A stretch of DNA of 64,000 nucleotides from Haliotis rubra. Taxonomy: Eukaryota. Made by a program: the position numbers and the translations under genes. A model generated the notes under the pieces. It saw only the letters and a list, made by a program, of their open reading frames with translations. It was not told the DNA's origin and searched no databases. Below, one piece after another: positions 38,096-51,068 of this stretch; the first letter of the stretch is position 1; every line of letters starts with the position of its first letter. The DNA is taken from contig NW_025766002.1 of assembly GCF_003918875.1 (NCBI RefSeq), forward strand, positions 6,820,001 through 6,884,000, read 5' to 3'.

Positions 38096-39245
38096 ATCAT
38101 TTGACCACTTTCTAAATGGCATTGTGTATCCAGCTGCAGTTGCCGAGCCTGACATAGAGGCATTCCGACGAACGTGGATGAATTGCAAACGTAAACTGGA
38201 ATTTTGTAAATCAAATACAAAACAATATATTTACTGTTAAGGAATTACTTCAAAGGGTTATCAGTGTAAGTGCAGCCAACGTTTCCTCTGGAACGCTCTG
38301 AGAAACGTATTGACACGGACTAATTTCGTCATCACTGTATATATCCTTCTTTCTCACCATACAATCTGAAGGTTTAAACATATAGAGATCACCAGAAGAT
38401 CGGTAGAAGTTAAACATCTACATCAGGAATTGATAAGAAACGGAAGAGATCGACTTGCGTCTGTAGCAGGGTGGGATCTATATGCATTTCAGGACGACAC
38501 GTTTTGCAGTACAGGAAGAGCGGCTTGGAAACTAGTCCAAGATTCAGAACGGAGGAAATGTGATCAAGTGACCGAACTTGAACCAACAGTGCCCTATCAC
38601 TTCCATTCATGGAGAACACCATCTCTGCATTTAATGAGCAGACGCAAATATGCCACACGTGTCGACGCCTTGCACGAGATCACGCGAGATCATCGTAGAT
38701 GCGAAGCGAGATTTAGCTGACTCGGCGACTTCCGTCTGTTTGTCTTCTCTCCCAGAAAACGTCTTCAAATTATTGTCAGAATGGGTCAACCGAGTTCAGG
38801 CGGCTTGTGTTTTTACTTACAAATTTTCCTCATCACTTGAAATGTGTTTTTTTCCTTCCCGGGAGCTGAAATCAACTCGCCTGAGCACGTGCTGCGCATG
38901 CCACAGACACGGCGTTAGATTTCAACTGAATGTTTTAAAGACTTTAAAGTTAGCCTCGTTTTTAGGCTTTCAAACGCGTCCTCGATCTGGAAGGACACAA
39001 AAACTTAATTAGATCTGTAAAACAAACTCCTCGTTAGATGAGCAAAAGGAAATAGAGATGGGCGAGCACTATGAAAACCCTATGTTCAAATAGTTTATAC
39101 AATTTTCCTGGGTTTTTTTTTACGTGAGACTGTCATTTTTGTGTGTCATTTGTTTAGTAGTTGTGGGCATGTTCAAACCATGTTCTGTGCGGGACTTGGA
39201 GGAATTGTAGCAGTGTAACCTTACTGTCTGCGTCTATCGCTCAAG

Positions 39246-39414
39246 TGAGTGAGTGAGTGATTTTAGTTTTACGCCTCTTTGAGCAATATTCCAGTAATAT
39301 CAAGGCGGGGGACACCAGAAATGGGCGTCACACACTGTACCCATGAGGGAAATGGAATCCGGGACTTCAGCGTGACAAGCGGACGCTTTAACCATTACCC
39401 TAACCCACCGCCCC
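39246..39414 (-). mobile_element. SINE family A
   Basis: Imperfect TSD ctatcgctcaag / ctatcgttcgag. Confidence 0.92.
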
Positions 39415-39795
39415 CTATCGTTCGAGACCTATGAAATGTCTTGCACACATAGTAATGGACTGAGTGGCGTGTTTTAGCTAAGGGCGGGAGTGGAGGACAA
39501 GGGGTGACTAGAATGAAGGGAGGGGTAGGGCGAGGAGGATTAGCCGAGGTAAATGAGGGTTCACATCGCGTTCAACATTGCCACACTGGTAAAACCCGGG
39601 GGTGGGGGGCTGTTCCGGTGTGTGGGAGGGTTAGTAGCTGTCAGGACCCATGTCGGTTTGTAGCGCTGATCTACCAAGATGCCATGCTTAGCTAACATGC
39701 ATACCCACATTATACCGTTATGTTTGTTCCTTTAATGTCGACCACCGACAGGGAAACATCAAGGGCCATTTCCTTAAGGTCCTATGGTATGACTC

Positions 39796-39968
39796 TAGAC
39801 TTATGCTTAGTCTCTGATTATATATAATTTTGATAGTAACAAACTAGCCCATTTAAATTGAAGAGGAACCTGAGAAAATCTACACTTGCTTTATTTAGGG
39901 CTTTAGCACTGTAGATAGGGCTTGGCAGAAGGGAAAATAATGTGGTTCAGGGACTGTGAGAAAGACTA
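39796..39968 (-). mobile_element. TAG..CTA MITE subfamily 1 (AcademH-like), internal deletion
   Basis: Perfect 9-bp TSD gtatgactc. Confidence 0.85.
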
Positions 39969-40014
39969 GTATGACTCGACAGGGAATCGAACCATCGACA
40001 TTCTGTTCCGCCTG

Positions 40015-40172
40015 GAGTGAGTGAGTGAGTATGATTTTCGACGCTTTTGGCAATATTCCAGCAATATCAGGGCGAGTGACACCAGAAATGGGCTCTACAC
40101 ATTGTACCATACGGGGAATCGAACCCAGCATGACGAGCGAACGCTTTAACCATTAGGTTACCCCACCGCCCC
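40015..40172 (-). mobile_element. SINE family A
   Basis: Consensus match. Confidence 0.92.
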
Positions 40173-41844
40173 TCCCTGGGCTGGAACTGTCCATGAACTC
40201 GGTGAAGGACATGACGCGTTTTTGTGGGATTTCGAATATGAATATGTTTCGTATAGCCTATTCTGGAACATAACCAGGTCACGTCCAAATGTATGTCATT
40301 CACGATATAATGGGGGAACAGTTTGTTTATGTGATCATCGCCCGACACACAACTGAAACGGTATTTAACCATTATTTCATATATTTCGTAATCTCGTAAA
40401 AAAATCATTGCTAAAAAACGAATGCCGTTTGTGGCCGACGCCACATGCCAGTACATGCGTCAATGCTTGTTTTCACAGAAGCGATTACTTAACCCGTTTC
40501 TTCCGCGACTCGTACAATAGTAATGAGTTGTCATCCGCCTCAAAGTGAATGCTTTCACCAAATCTAACCCTGCTCAAAACCTGTTTCAATAATTCATACA
40601 CTCTCTGTAATTTCAACATTTTTAAAAACATTTTTTCATACCAATCCATTCAGAGATCTGGTGAGGATTCACTTGGCTAGGCCCTTCACTAGAGGTCCTT
40701 TACCAGGCAACGTATCCGCTTCAGATAACGTTTGACGTACGTAACCCACACCAAATATAAAACACTAGTCATTGCAAATATCTTGATGAGCTTCGGTTTG
40801 TGGAAATACGTGAAAACGCTAAATAAAACATTTACAGAGGAAACATTTAGAGATCAAGAATAGTTTAGTAGTTATGTCTTTGCAGTGAAGACTGACCGCT
40901 CAAAGTCATACAGACCTCCACCATGCATGTAGCTGGAATATTTCTGGGCGCGGCGTTAAACAACAAACAAAACACAATGTTACGTAAAATCCCTTAAATA
41001 TTCATAATCTTAATTTTGTTCAGTATATATATACTCATGCCAATAATGGTTGTCACCCCCTTCAATTTTTTTAATTGGAGAGGGGGTGGGGGGGAAGGGT
41101 TTTTTTTAACAACCATTATTGGCATGAGTATATTATAGCATCTCACGCTGCAATAATTCGACCTAACTGATACCACACACATACATGACTATTAAGGGTG
41201 GTAATTATGTCTATCTTTGGTCATTATTACTGGCTGCAGTTTTCATCAACTACAATATGATGAAAAACGAAAACATATCATGGGATTCCCTTGCACTCTG
41301 TGTCCTGTACCACAATATTAAGGCCAGGGGTTGAAATCTAGGTCACTTACAACATTCTTCTTATCCTGACAACGGTAATCACCTTAATATTCTGTCTTCC
41401 GTTCAGGACAGCAATTTAGATATACACGATATGTACACGATAATTCGGATTTAGTACTTGAAAGTAGAAACACACTAAATTGAAAGTCATCTTGAAATTT
41501 AAAGAGTAAAGATGAAGCAAAAACATCTTTGTGAGATTTTGATCAATCACCTAACGGATCTTCATCACATTCAATTGGAGAGAAATGAGAGAAATAATTA
41601 TGATAATATGGGAAATAACAGGATTTGTTGAAAAACAAAAATACTGTACATTTACTAGTATTCCTTTAGTTCAAATTCGTATATCGTTTTCCTGAGAATA
41701 AGATTAAGGATGAAAAATGTTGTGATAAAATATCATGTCAGTTAGTTTGATTCTGGTTACAGTAACCTTAACAAACCGGACAGCTCTTGGAACATGATAT
41801 CTTCTTCATTACAGTGATGACAAACTTAACTCAAAATGTCATAT

Positions 41845-41987
41845 GAGCGGTTTGGTAGCCTAGTGGGTAAAGCGGTCGCTCGTCATGCCCCTGGTTCAAA
41901 TTCCCTCATGGGTACGATTTGTGAAGCCCGTTGCTTGGGTCCCATACCGTGATATTATTGTAAAATGCAAAATGCGGCGTAAAACAT
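41845..41987 (+). mobile_element. SINE family A, diverged
   Basis: ggtagcctagtgggtaaagcggtcgctcgtcatgcc...gcggcgtaaaac. Confidence 0.85.
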
Positions 41988-42098
41988 CATGAGCATATAT
42001 GAACACAGCCCCGTCTGCAAGAGCGGTGTATGTTTGCGCACTGGACACCAAATACCAGTTTTCCAGGGTCGGAACGGAAACTACTTTGGTCCCCAATA

Positions 42099-42264
42099 GT
42101 GAGTGAGTGAGTATGGTTTTTTACGCCGCTTTTAGCAATATTCCAGCAATATCACGTCGGGGGACACCAGCGGGGGCTTCACACATTATACCCATATGGG
42201 GAATCGAACCCAGTCTTCAGCGTGACGAGCCAACGCTTTAACCACAAGGCTACCCCACCGCCCC
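42099..42264 (-). mobile_element. SINE family A, full length
   Basis: 13-bp TSD ttggtccccaata. Confidence 0.95.
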
Positions 42265-42776
42265 TTGGTCCCCAATAAATACACACAGACGAATGTAACG
42301 TATAAATAGAAGGTTATAACATTATTTGTGCACCAATGTTGAAAGTGTTAGATAAACAACTATCTACAATATCTACGTTATGACGCCTCCCGCAGCGGGA
42401 ACAACAATGCCCCCACAGTTGCTTTCATCAACAGGAAGTTATTGTTTGTGACTTTACAAATGTTGACTTTTCTTTGCTTGGGGGATGGAAAATGAGGCAT
42501 TCCTGGCGTTTTTTCACACGTTGCAGGTGTCTCAACACCGTCACCTCCGCCTACCAGGGTGCAGCACGGTGTCCGGGAATGATGACCACAGAGGTGCGTG
42601 AGAAATCTTTTCATATGTCCTTGGTATATGATTCCAGAGGTGAGGTGAATCTTCATTATTAGTGCACGTTAATAGCAATCTGAAATATACACACGTGTGG
42701 ATGCGTGTGCGTTTGACTGTGCGTGCTAGTCTGGACAAACGCCATTAACATGGTAACCCTTGCTCACACCTAAGAG

Positions 42777-42927
42777 TGAGTGAGTATGGTTTAACGCCGC
42801 TTTTAGCAATATTCCAGTAATATCACGGCGGGGGACACCAGAAATGAGATTCACACATTGTGCCCGCGTGGGGAATCGAACCCGGGTCTTCAGCGAACGC
42901 TTTAACCATTAAGCTACCCCACCGCGC
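42777..42927 (-). mobile_element. SINE family A
   Basis: 14-bp TSD ctcacacctaagag. Confidence 0.95.
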
Positions 42928-42941
42928 CTCACACCTAAGAG

Positions 42942-43075
42942 CCGACAGGCACTTGTTATATCCCATAACACTGATCGACAACAAGGCAACAACAAGTGCC
43001 ATCGTTCAACGTATTTTGGGATCGGACCGCCGATCTTCCGCTCTCCTGGCAGACGCACTATCCAGTAGGCCACAG
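42942..43075 (-). mobile_element. Degenerate Meta/MESC-type SINE fragment
   Basis: Similar to 43530-43649 (caacaagtgccat, cttccgctctcc) plus a tRNA-like head remnant. Confidence 0.5.
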
Positions 43076-43295
43076 GGAAAGAATATATATACCTCTTCAG
43101 CAACACAGGCTTATCGTTAGTGTCGACTAAATGAATCGGGAGGCTACTTTCGCAGATTCAGTTGACGGCGTGCAATTGTATTGAGTGGTTCGATGCTCAT
43201 GATGTCAATCCCTGGATTGTCTGGTCCAGACAATATACTTACAGACCCCAGTTATGTAGCTGTCATATTACGGCGTTAAAGATATCCAACAAACA
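43076..43295 (+). mobile_element. Degenerate retroposon family B copy
   Basis: tcttcagcaac, cgactaa, tcgatgctcatgatgtcaatccctggattgtctggtccagac, ggcgttaaa..caacaaac. Confidence 0.7.
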
Positions 43296-43308
43296 ATTAG
43301 TCTCCTGA

Positions 43309-43649
43309 GGTGAGGTGAGGTGAGGTGAGGTGAGGTGAAATTGGGCTTAACGTCGTGCTTGAGAATATTTCGCTCATATGACGACGTGCATGCGTGTGTA
43401 TGTGTATGTGCGGCTGCTTGTACTAGCCCAGACTTAAGTTGGTTTTATAGTGCTAGCCCACTGAGATACCATGCCGCAGTGAAGCATGAATACCCACCCC
43501 ACTCAGACACATTATACTGACTCCGTGCCGAACAGTCCTTGTTGTACCCATTAATGCCGAGCGCCAGACAGGAACCAACAAGTACCATATTTTAACGTCT
43601 TTTGGTATGACGCGATCGGAGATCGAACCCGCGACCTTCCGCTCTCCGG
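43309..43649 (-). mobile_element. Meta/MESC-domain-like tRNA SINE, 5' truncated, (CCTCA)n tail
   Basis: 12-bp TSD ttagtctcctga; B box followed by cataccaaaagacgttaaaatatggtacttgttggttcctgtctggcgctcggcattaa, which I recognise from memory as Meta-domain-like. Confidence 0.8.
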
Positions 43650-43743
43650 TTAGTCTCCTGACATTGACTATGTTTCCAGTATCGTTGCTATTTCGATTAA
43701 TCCTGTTCTGAGTGGTTTGTTGTATTCTGTAATATATTACAAC

Positions 43744-43970
43744 CAGTGTTGGAAATAAGGCCCGTCCGACCGCCCGAGACGGTTTAGATTTCTGACGAAC
43801 GGTCTAAATTTACGGCTAGCCAGCCCGATGGTCTGGTATAAATTTTAGATGTTCCATACATCTGAGTAAATTCACCATATTGGGTCTGGTTAAATCCATT
43901 TTGGGCGGGTAACATTTTGAAGTTACCAGCCCTGATGTCTGGCTGGATTTTTGGCTTATTTCATACACAG
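43744..43970. mobile_element. MITE, second copy of the cagtg..cactg family
   Basis: High identity to 15445-15671; 7-bp TSD ttacaac. Confidence 0.85.
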
Positions 43971-45140
43971 TTACAACTGCATCGTGAAGATGAACCGGTG
44001 ATCGAGAAAATGAGCAACTGTCCATGAATTCGGGAAACGAAGACATACATGCACACAGCTGGGAATCACTTACTATCAACCCAGTTAGGTACAACTCTAA
44101 ACCAAGCAGACAAAATGACCACCGGATCCCCACTTTAGCCTCGACACAAGACAAAACTAGGAACACCATGGCAGCTGCATTCGTGACCACGTATCATCCC
44201 GGGACTAGCCGAACGGCATTAACGGAAACTGGCGGCGATAAGCGAAGTAACTCACACTAAAAACACGAACAGATAATACTGGGATCAGTTCTGGGCGCCG
44301 CGCATTCAAACAGCGGAACCACTCCAGCAGGGTTAAGTCTCCGTGTCTCGGTCTCCAATGTCAGAAAGATATATGTAGGCTCCTAGCCTGGGGGCACCTC
44401 ATATCTAATACATTTGACTTCGGTAATCTCACATCACAACGACATGTAAATAATAAGGTTTACTTGTCTCGAGAGCTCGCCATTAAAATCTACCCCTAAG
44501 CAAACAAGCGGGGCCCCACGGAAATCTATCACACCGCTCCACCTCGTTCATATTTCTTACAGTATTATTTTGTACAAGATTTCTAAACACTACTCGACCC
44601 AAAAGCTTTTGAAATCAAAAGTGACATTTCACATTTACGCCCCCATTTAAAACCGCTTCGAACCGTTTCGTGCCAAACAGACGAATTACACACGCAGGCA
44701 AACAATCATTGCTGCTTCTGACAAGGGATGAAAGCTTTCGTATGCGTTAATGTAGACTCGAGCCGGCCGTTTCTCATAATATCGGGTATATGGTCTAATA
44801 ACGTTTTCCTGTATATCTGATTAATGATGTTCGTGACGCTGGTGAGTATGGTGTATAATTGCCATGTTTGGGATATATGATATGACCAATACCAGTATTT
44901 CTTGGTAGTCACTTCATCCAAATGGTGTACACTTCAACCTTTACAAGACTAAGTTCGGACTGAAGTGTCACCATTAAGGAAATACTACCTTAAGCTAGAA
45001 ACTGTATCCTTGGAAGACGGAGATCAATTTACCCTTTCAGGCAAATGGGCATTAATATTAGCTCTGTAAAGATAATCTGTGAACAACAACGTTAACCCGA
45101 TTGTTTCAACCAAGAAAGCTTCGTGACATGTTTCTAGGCG

Positions 45141-46530
45141 ACGTCAACGGTAAGGCAAACCTAGGATGTCAACGGTAAAGCAAACCTAGGATGTCAACGG
45201 TAAGGCAAACCTAGGATGTCAACGGTAAGGCAAACCCACGATGTCAACGGTAAGGCAAACCTAAGATGTCAATTTTAAGGCAAACCTATGTCAATGTAAA
45301 GGCAAACCCACGATGTCAATGGTAAGGAAAACCTAGGATGTTAACGGTAAGGTAAACCTAAGATGTCAATGGTAAGGCAAACCTAGGATGTCAACGGTAA
45401 GGCAAACCTGGGATGTCAACGGTAAGGCAAACCTGGGATGTCAATGGTAAGGCAAAAAAAGAATGTCAACGGTATGGAAAACCTAGGATGTCAACGGTAA
45501 GGCAAACATGGGATCTCAGTGGTAAGGCAAACATAGGATGTCAACGGTAAGGCAAACATGGGATCTCAATGGTAAGGCAAACCTGGGATGTCAACGGTAA
45601 GGCAAACATGGGATCTCAATGGTAAGGCAAACCTGGGATGTCAACGGTAAGGCAAACCTAAGATGTCAACGGTAAGGCAAACCTAAGATGTCAACGGTAA
45701 AGCAAACATGGGATCTCAATGGTAAGGCAAACCTAGGATGTCAACGGTAAGGCAAACATGGGATCTCAATGGTAAGGCAAACCTGGGATGTCAACGGTAA
45801 GGCAAACCTAAGATGTCAATGGTAAGGCAAACCTAGGATGTCAACGGTAAGGCAAACATGGGATCTCAATGGTAAGGCAAACCTGGGATGTCAACGGTAA
45901 GGCAAACATGGGATCTCAATGGTAAGGCAAACCTGGGATGTCAACAGTAAGGCAAACCTAAGATGTCAATGGTAAGGCAAACCTAGGATGTCAACGGTAA
46001 GGCAAACCTGGGATGTCAATGGTAAGGCAAACCTAGGATGTCAACGGTAAGGCAAACCTGGGATGTCAACGGTAAGGTAAACCTAAGATGTCAATGGTAA
46101 GGCAAACATAGGATGTCAACGGTAAGGCAAACCTGGGATGTCAATGGTAAGGCAAAAAAAGAATGTCAACAGTATGGAAAACCTAGGATGTCAACGGTAA
46201 GGCAAACATGGGATCTCAGTGGTAAGGCAAACCTAGGATGTCAATGGAAAGGGAAACCTAGGATGACAACGGTATGGAAAATCTAGGATGTCAACGGTAA
46301 GGAAAATCTAGGATGTCAACGGTAAGGCAAACCTAGGATGTCAATGTAAAGGCAAACCCAGGATGTCAATGGAAAGGGAAACCTAGGATGTCAATGGTAA
46401 GGAAAATCTAGGATGTCAATGTAAAGGCAAACCCACGATGTCACTGGAAAGGCAAACCTGGGATGTCAATGGTAATGCAAACCTAGGATGTCAACGGTAA
46501 GGCAAACCCTTGTCAACGGTAAGGCAAACC
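45141..46530. repeat. 25-bp minisatellite (ggatgtcaacggtaaggcaaaccta)n
   Basis: About 55 tandem variant copies. Confidence 0.97.
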
Positions 46531-46545
46531 AAAGATATCTTTCAG

Positions 46546-46652
46546 GACCCAGACTTTCGAAGCTCTCTTAGCGCTAAGATAGTCGTAAGTGCCATACATT
46601 AACATTAACTTACGACTATCTTAGCGCTAAGAGAACTTCGAAAATCTAGGCC
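46546..46652. mobile_element. Palindromic MITE, PIF/Harbinger-like
   Basis: About 45-bp arms including perfect tcttagcgctaagatagtcgtaagt / acttacgactatcttagcgctaaga; flanked by CAG on both sides (3-bp TSD). Confidence 0.75.
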
Positions 46653-46912
46653 CAGGTTCGAAGAGCCAATCATACCAGAGTTTTGTCGACGCCAAATTAT
46701 TTCATTTGGGTGCGTCCATGCTGATGCTCATCATCATAAAAATATCACTCGGGTTTATTTATTTCAATTTTGAGAGAATTAAAGGCGGCTGTTTTGCAGT
46801 ATTTCAGGTATATTACCGCAGGTCAGCTTTATGTGGGGGGAAAGACACCAGTGATGAGGTACTTGACGTTTACCATTTGAGTGAAACGCATGCGCACGGG
46901 TTAACAAACCAA

Positions 46913-47079
46913 GAGTGAGTGAGTATAGTTCTACGCCGCTTTTAGCAATATTTCAGCAATATCACGGCGGGGGGACACCAGAGATGGGCTTCACATCCTG
47001 CAGCCATGTGGGGAATCGAACCCAGGTCTTCAGCGTGTCGAGCGAACGCTTTAACCACAAGGCTACCCGAGGGCTACCC
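46913..47079 (-). mobile_element. SINE family A
   Basis: 10-bp TSD aacaaaccaa. Confidence 0.93.
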
Positions 47080-48100
47080 AACAAACCAAACCAGACAGGG
47101 AATCGATCAGAGGTGTGTGACCCGCCTAACTCGGTTTGCGGCGTCAATGGCGATTGTGCCACGACTTTCAGTTTCCAAGACACGAATATTAACAGTTCTG
47201 ACTTGTCACAAATGGTGAATGTAGATCAAATGGTTTATGCTCTTTTCATTCTGATGATCCAGGATGATCACATAAGAACAAAAATATTTAAACCTGAAAT
47301 TACATTCCAGTTTCGTAAAACGTTCTAAGTAATCATCTTGTAATATTATAACAAGTCTTAGGCATTTAATAATGTTCTAAAATTTGTTTGTTAACAACAT
47401 TTAACTGCTATTTGACTCGTGTATGTAAGCGAAAGTAGTCACTTTCAATCCAATGGTCCACAAAAAATAATTCTAAACACAATGATATTCTCTGAAACTG
47501 ATTCACATTAGAGACTGAAATGGCTCACCCTACTATCACTTATCCGTTGAAGGTTATATACATCCTGGAGGCTGTTAATTACCCGTATTAAATGTGCATG
47601 TCACCAGATGACATCGGGGATCACCTCCCAACAAAAGAACATTGTATTATTTGAAGCTCTCCCTCTCTCTCTTTATGGCACTGCATTAACCTTGCACGTG
47701 ATCCCACAACTAATTCAGAACAGACTTTACAATACATAATTAACCGACATTATAAAAAAAAACTCCAAAACGTTACAAACATGATAAAAGGTCACAAGAC
47801 CGATAGAAAAGGGATCGTACTGTTCATCAAGAGGAAATAACGCCATTCTCTTATATCATTAAACAGTATTCTGAATCAAATGTTCTTATGTATTCTATTT
47901 TCATCTCTATCAGTAACTTAAAATCACATCCGATTAAAACTAAATTATACTATAAATTAAAATTTCTTGCCAATGAAATCAAAATAATTAAAATAGATTT
48001 TGTCAGTATTTATAAGGCAGTAGTTTTAGAATGAATTTTCATATGCATATCCATGGAGATAATCATAGTCTTAAATTGTCGGACCCCTTTTAGATGCTGA

Positions 48101-48270
48101 CTGACTGACTGACTGAGTTTAGTTTTTACGCCGCTTTTAGCAATATTCCAGCAATATCACGGCGGGGGACACCAGAAATGGGCGTCACACATTGTATCCA
48201 TGTGGGGATTGAACCCGGGTCTTCGGCGTGACGAGCCAACGCTTTAACCATTAGGCTACCCCACCGCCCC
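48101..48270 (-). mobile_element. SINE family A, full length
   Basis: 12-bp TSD tttagatgctga. Confidence 0.95.
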
Positions 48271-48604
48271 TTTAGATGCTGATCTGAAGAAATGAGTCTA
48301 CATGTATATGTCAAATGTAGCGTTATAAGTTCGGCTAAGCGATGTCCATTTCCTAAAATGTGGGCCCAAACTTTTATCCGTGTATGGAGATAAAAATACG
48401 TGGTACCACATGTACATGGCCGGGTTTCATGACACAGGATTAGTGCTTAATACCAATTACTGAATGAGGTCCTACTCTTATTATGTCATGGCTATAAAGC
48501 AACAGAAATAATTCTCGTCTTGCTGTAACGATGGGATATGGGGTCTAAGGCCAAATACTAAATCATTCTCGGTCGGTAACAGTCTTGCGGAAATAGTTTC
48601 AAAG

Positions 48605-48774
48605 TAAGACACCTACTTCAAAACAATCGAATCTGGACCTGACAATCCAGTGATCAACAGCATGAGCATCGATCTACGCAACTGAGGGAGACTGACAACC
48701 CGATCACGTTAGTCGCCTTTTTACGACAAGGACGGGTTGCTGAAGACCAATTCCAACCCGGATCTTCTCGGGTC
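48605..48774 (-). mobile_element. Retroposon family B copy with intact 5' head and internal deletion
   Basis: Homologous to 10875-11078; 5' end at the same GACCCG. Confidence 0.85.
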
Positions 48775-50610
48775 TTTTAACATGCGATTGCACGTACTTT
48801 TCCAATATCATCTAATACAAACATGCATGCCGTGAGCCATACCAACATAAACTTTACTTCTAAACCTAAATTGAACTCGGATGTACCACGAGCCTGTGAC
48901 CGATGACCTGAACATTTCCGGGATCATGCCCCCAAAAGGAACAGCTGATGAATATTAATGAGCCATGACCTAATTTTGATATGTTCGAAGAAGCAAAGAC
49001 GTACATCTACATGTATGTAGGTCTTTGGTCGAAGTTTGTTCCGTTACATTCCGATCTTAGTATAGGTCTTGTTATCTAAAAGTATTGGAGACCTGTGACC
49101 TAAATTCCCTCGAAACGTCATAGAAGTTGTCCAAATGACGATGATAGAAGATCCACGACCTTCAAACAGCAGATCCTGGTACCTATGGGGGCAACAATCA
49201 GATGTGGTATTGAGGTGTAAAATTAGCACCCCATTAGTGAGTCTCCACTTGAAGCAGATTTGTCAGAAAATGTCATCACTCAGACCAGTGTGGCACCAAG
49301 TCATTTACGATTCACCAAGGACTGTAAATAACATTCTTCGGGAGCTGCTGTTGTCAAGGACTGCCGTAACTGTCAGTGTTAATGTAACTGTCACGAGTTG
49401 CTGTAACCATCATATTTTACTCGCAGCCGATTTTGTCGCAGCGTCTATGTCCGATGTGATTATATTACCAATAATTCCTCTGTAATCTCTCCAGCCATTT
49501 ACTGTCCAACATTTGGTTTGTATTATACACCAGGAAACGCTAGACTTCTTATATCTGAGCAGGCCCAATCAGATCCTTGTCTAATGAACCCCCGCGGACA
49601 TGTCGCCGTTCCAACATGGCGGCCCTAAGTACCCCGGATGTAACGGATTAAATGTAAATAAGTATCGTAAAACAACATGTGTCGTATGTAATGTCTTCGG
49701 CATATCCCTTATCTACAATTTGATGTAATTCGCGAAGTATCATAAAATTGTCGGCTTTCGAAAAGTAATTTATAGACATCCGTTGCGGTGATTATCAGAC
49801 TTCTCACTTTTGATAAGGGTTTTCCGGGAAACGCTTTTTTAATGTATACACTTGAGTGAATTCGTGTTTAAGGACGAGTTCAGTGCAAAATATATTCTTT
49901 TAAGGTTTAATGTTTTAGATTTTTTTCTTAAGTGACAGTGATGTTTCTGGAGAGAGAAACTGACGCTGATACCTTAGACTTCTTTAATTCTTTAACACGT
50001 ATCGCCATCATTTTTGCTCATTTTGCGATGAAGACGCAACGCGATGGAGACGCTGACGTATATGACTACCACGCCTATCAGAATAATAAATATTGGGTTC
50101 GAACAAACAGTCGAATACTGCAATCTAGTCTTTTGGAGCTGGGACGAGACGTTTTTGTCTAATGACTTTCGGTGTTTTCTGGATACCAACTACGCACGTC
50201 CAATGTACAGCTGCTTCGTGTAAAATTTGAGACGAAATATTTTTACAGCATTTTCTGGAAAGTAAATCCCACCCCCGGATTATCAAATTGTCATTTCACA
50301 AGCACCAATGGCCACTTACCCAGAGCCAAATGTCCGAAGTGGCTGTAGAGATACAGTTCAACTTTGATTTGGAAAATAATATTTGTCCTGTTTAAACATA
50401 CACTTGACATACGACAAGAATCATTTTGCGTACCCCAAAAAGTGATATGATAAAAACCCGAAAGAAGTGGAATACAACTGAAGTGAAGTATACGGGAATT
50501 ACTTCCAAGACGTCAGAGGATGTAAACGCAATGCGTACGTTGACTTCTCGGAAGCTGTTGAGTGGAGTGTCAATTAGTGAGACGTTCTTTCATCGCTCAA
50601 CGCTCATCTT

Positions 50611-50779
50611 GAGTCAGTGAGCGAGTTTGATTTTACGCCGCTTTTACAATATTCCAGCAACATCCTGGCGGGGAACACCAGAAATGGGCTTCACACATTG
50701 TAACCATGTTTGGGAGTCGAACCCGGGACTTAGGCCTGACGAGCGAACACTTTAACCACTGGGTTACATCACCACTCCC
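50611..50779 (-). mobile_element. SINE family A
   Basis: Consensus match. Confidence 0.92.
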
Positions 50780-50811
50780 TGTTCATCTCGTGTGAGCGAG
50801 TACGTGAGCTT

Positions 50812-51068
50812 NNNNNNNNNNNNNNNNNNNNNNNNNNNNNNNNNNNNNNNNNNNNNNNNNNNNNNNNNNNNNNNNNNNNNNNNNNNNNNNNNNNNNNNNN
50901 NNNNNNNNNNNNNNNNNNNNNNNNNNNNNNNNNNNNNNNNNNNNNNNNNNNNNNNNNNNNNNNNNNNNNNNNNNNNNNNNNNNNNNNNNNNNNNNNNNNN
51001 NNNNNNNNNNNNNNNNNNNNNNNNNNNNNNNNNNNNNNNNNNNNNNNNNNNNNNNNNNNNNNNNNNNN
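50812..51068. other. Assembly gap (N run), probably inside another SINE copy
   Basis: SINE-tail-like sequence on the left and B-box fragment gggaatcgaacc on the right. Confidence 0.95.

Noticed and set aside
43816-44190. 124-aa ORF with a hydrophobic, signal-peptide-like start
   Set aside because: Its C-terminal part reads through a MITE (43744-43970); no other coding support
45141-46530. CRISPR-like regular repeat
   Set aside because: Head-to-tail 25-bp units with no spacers
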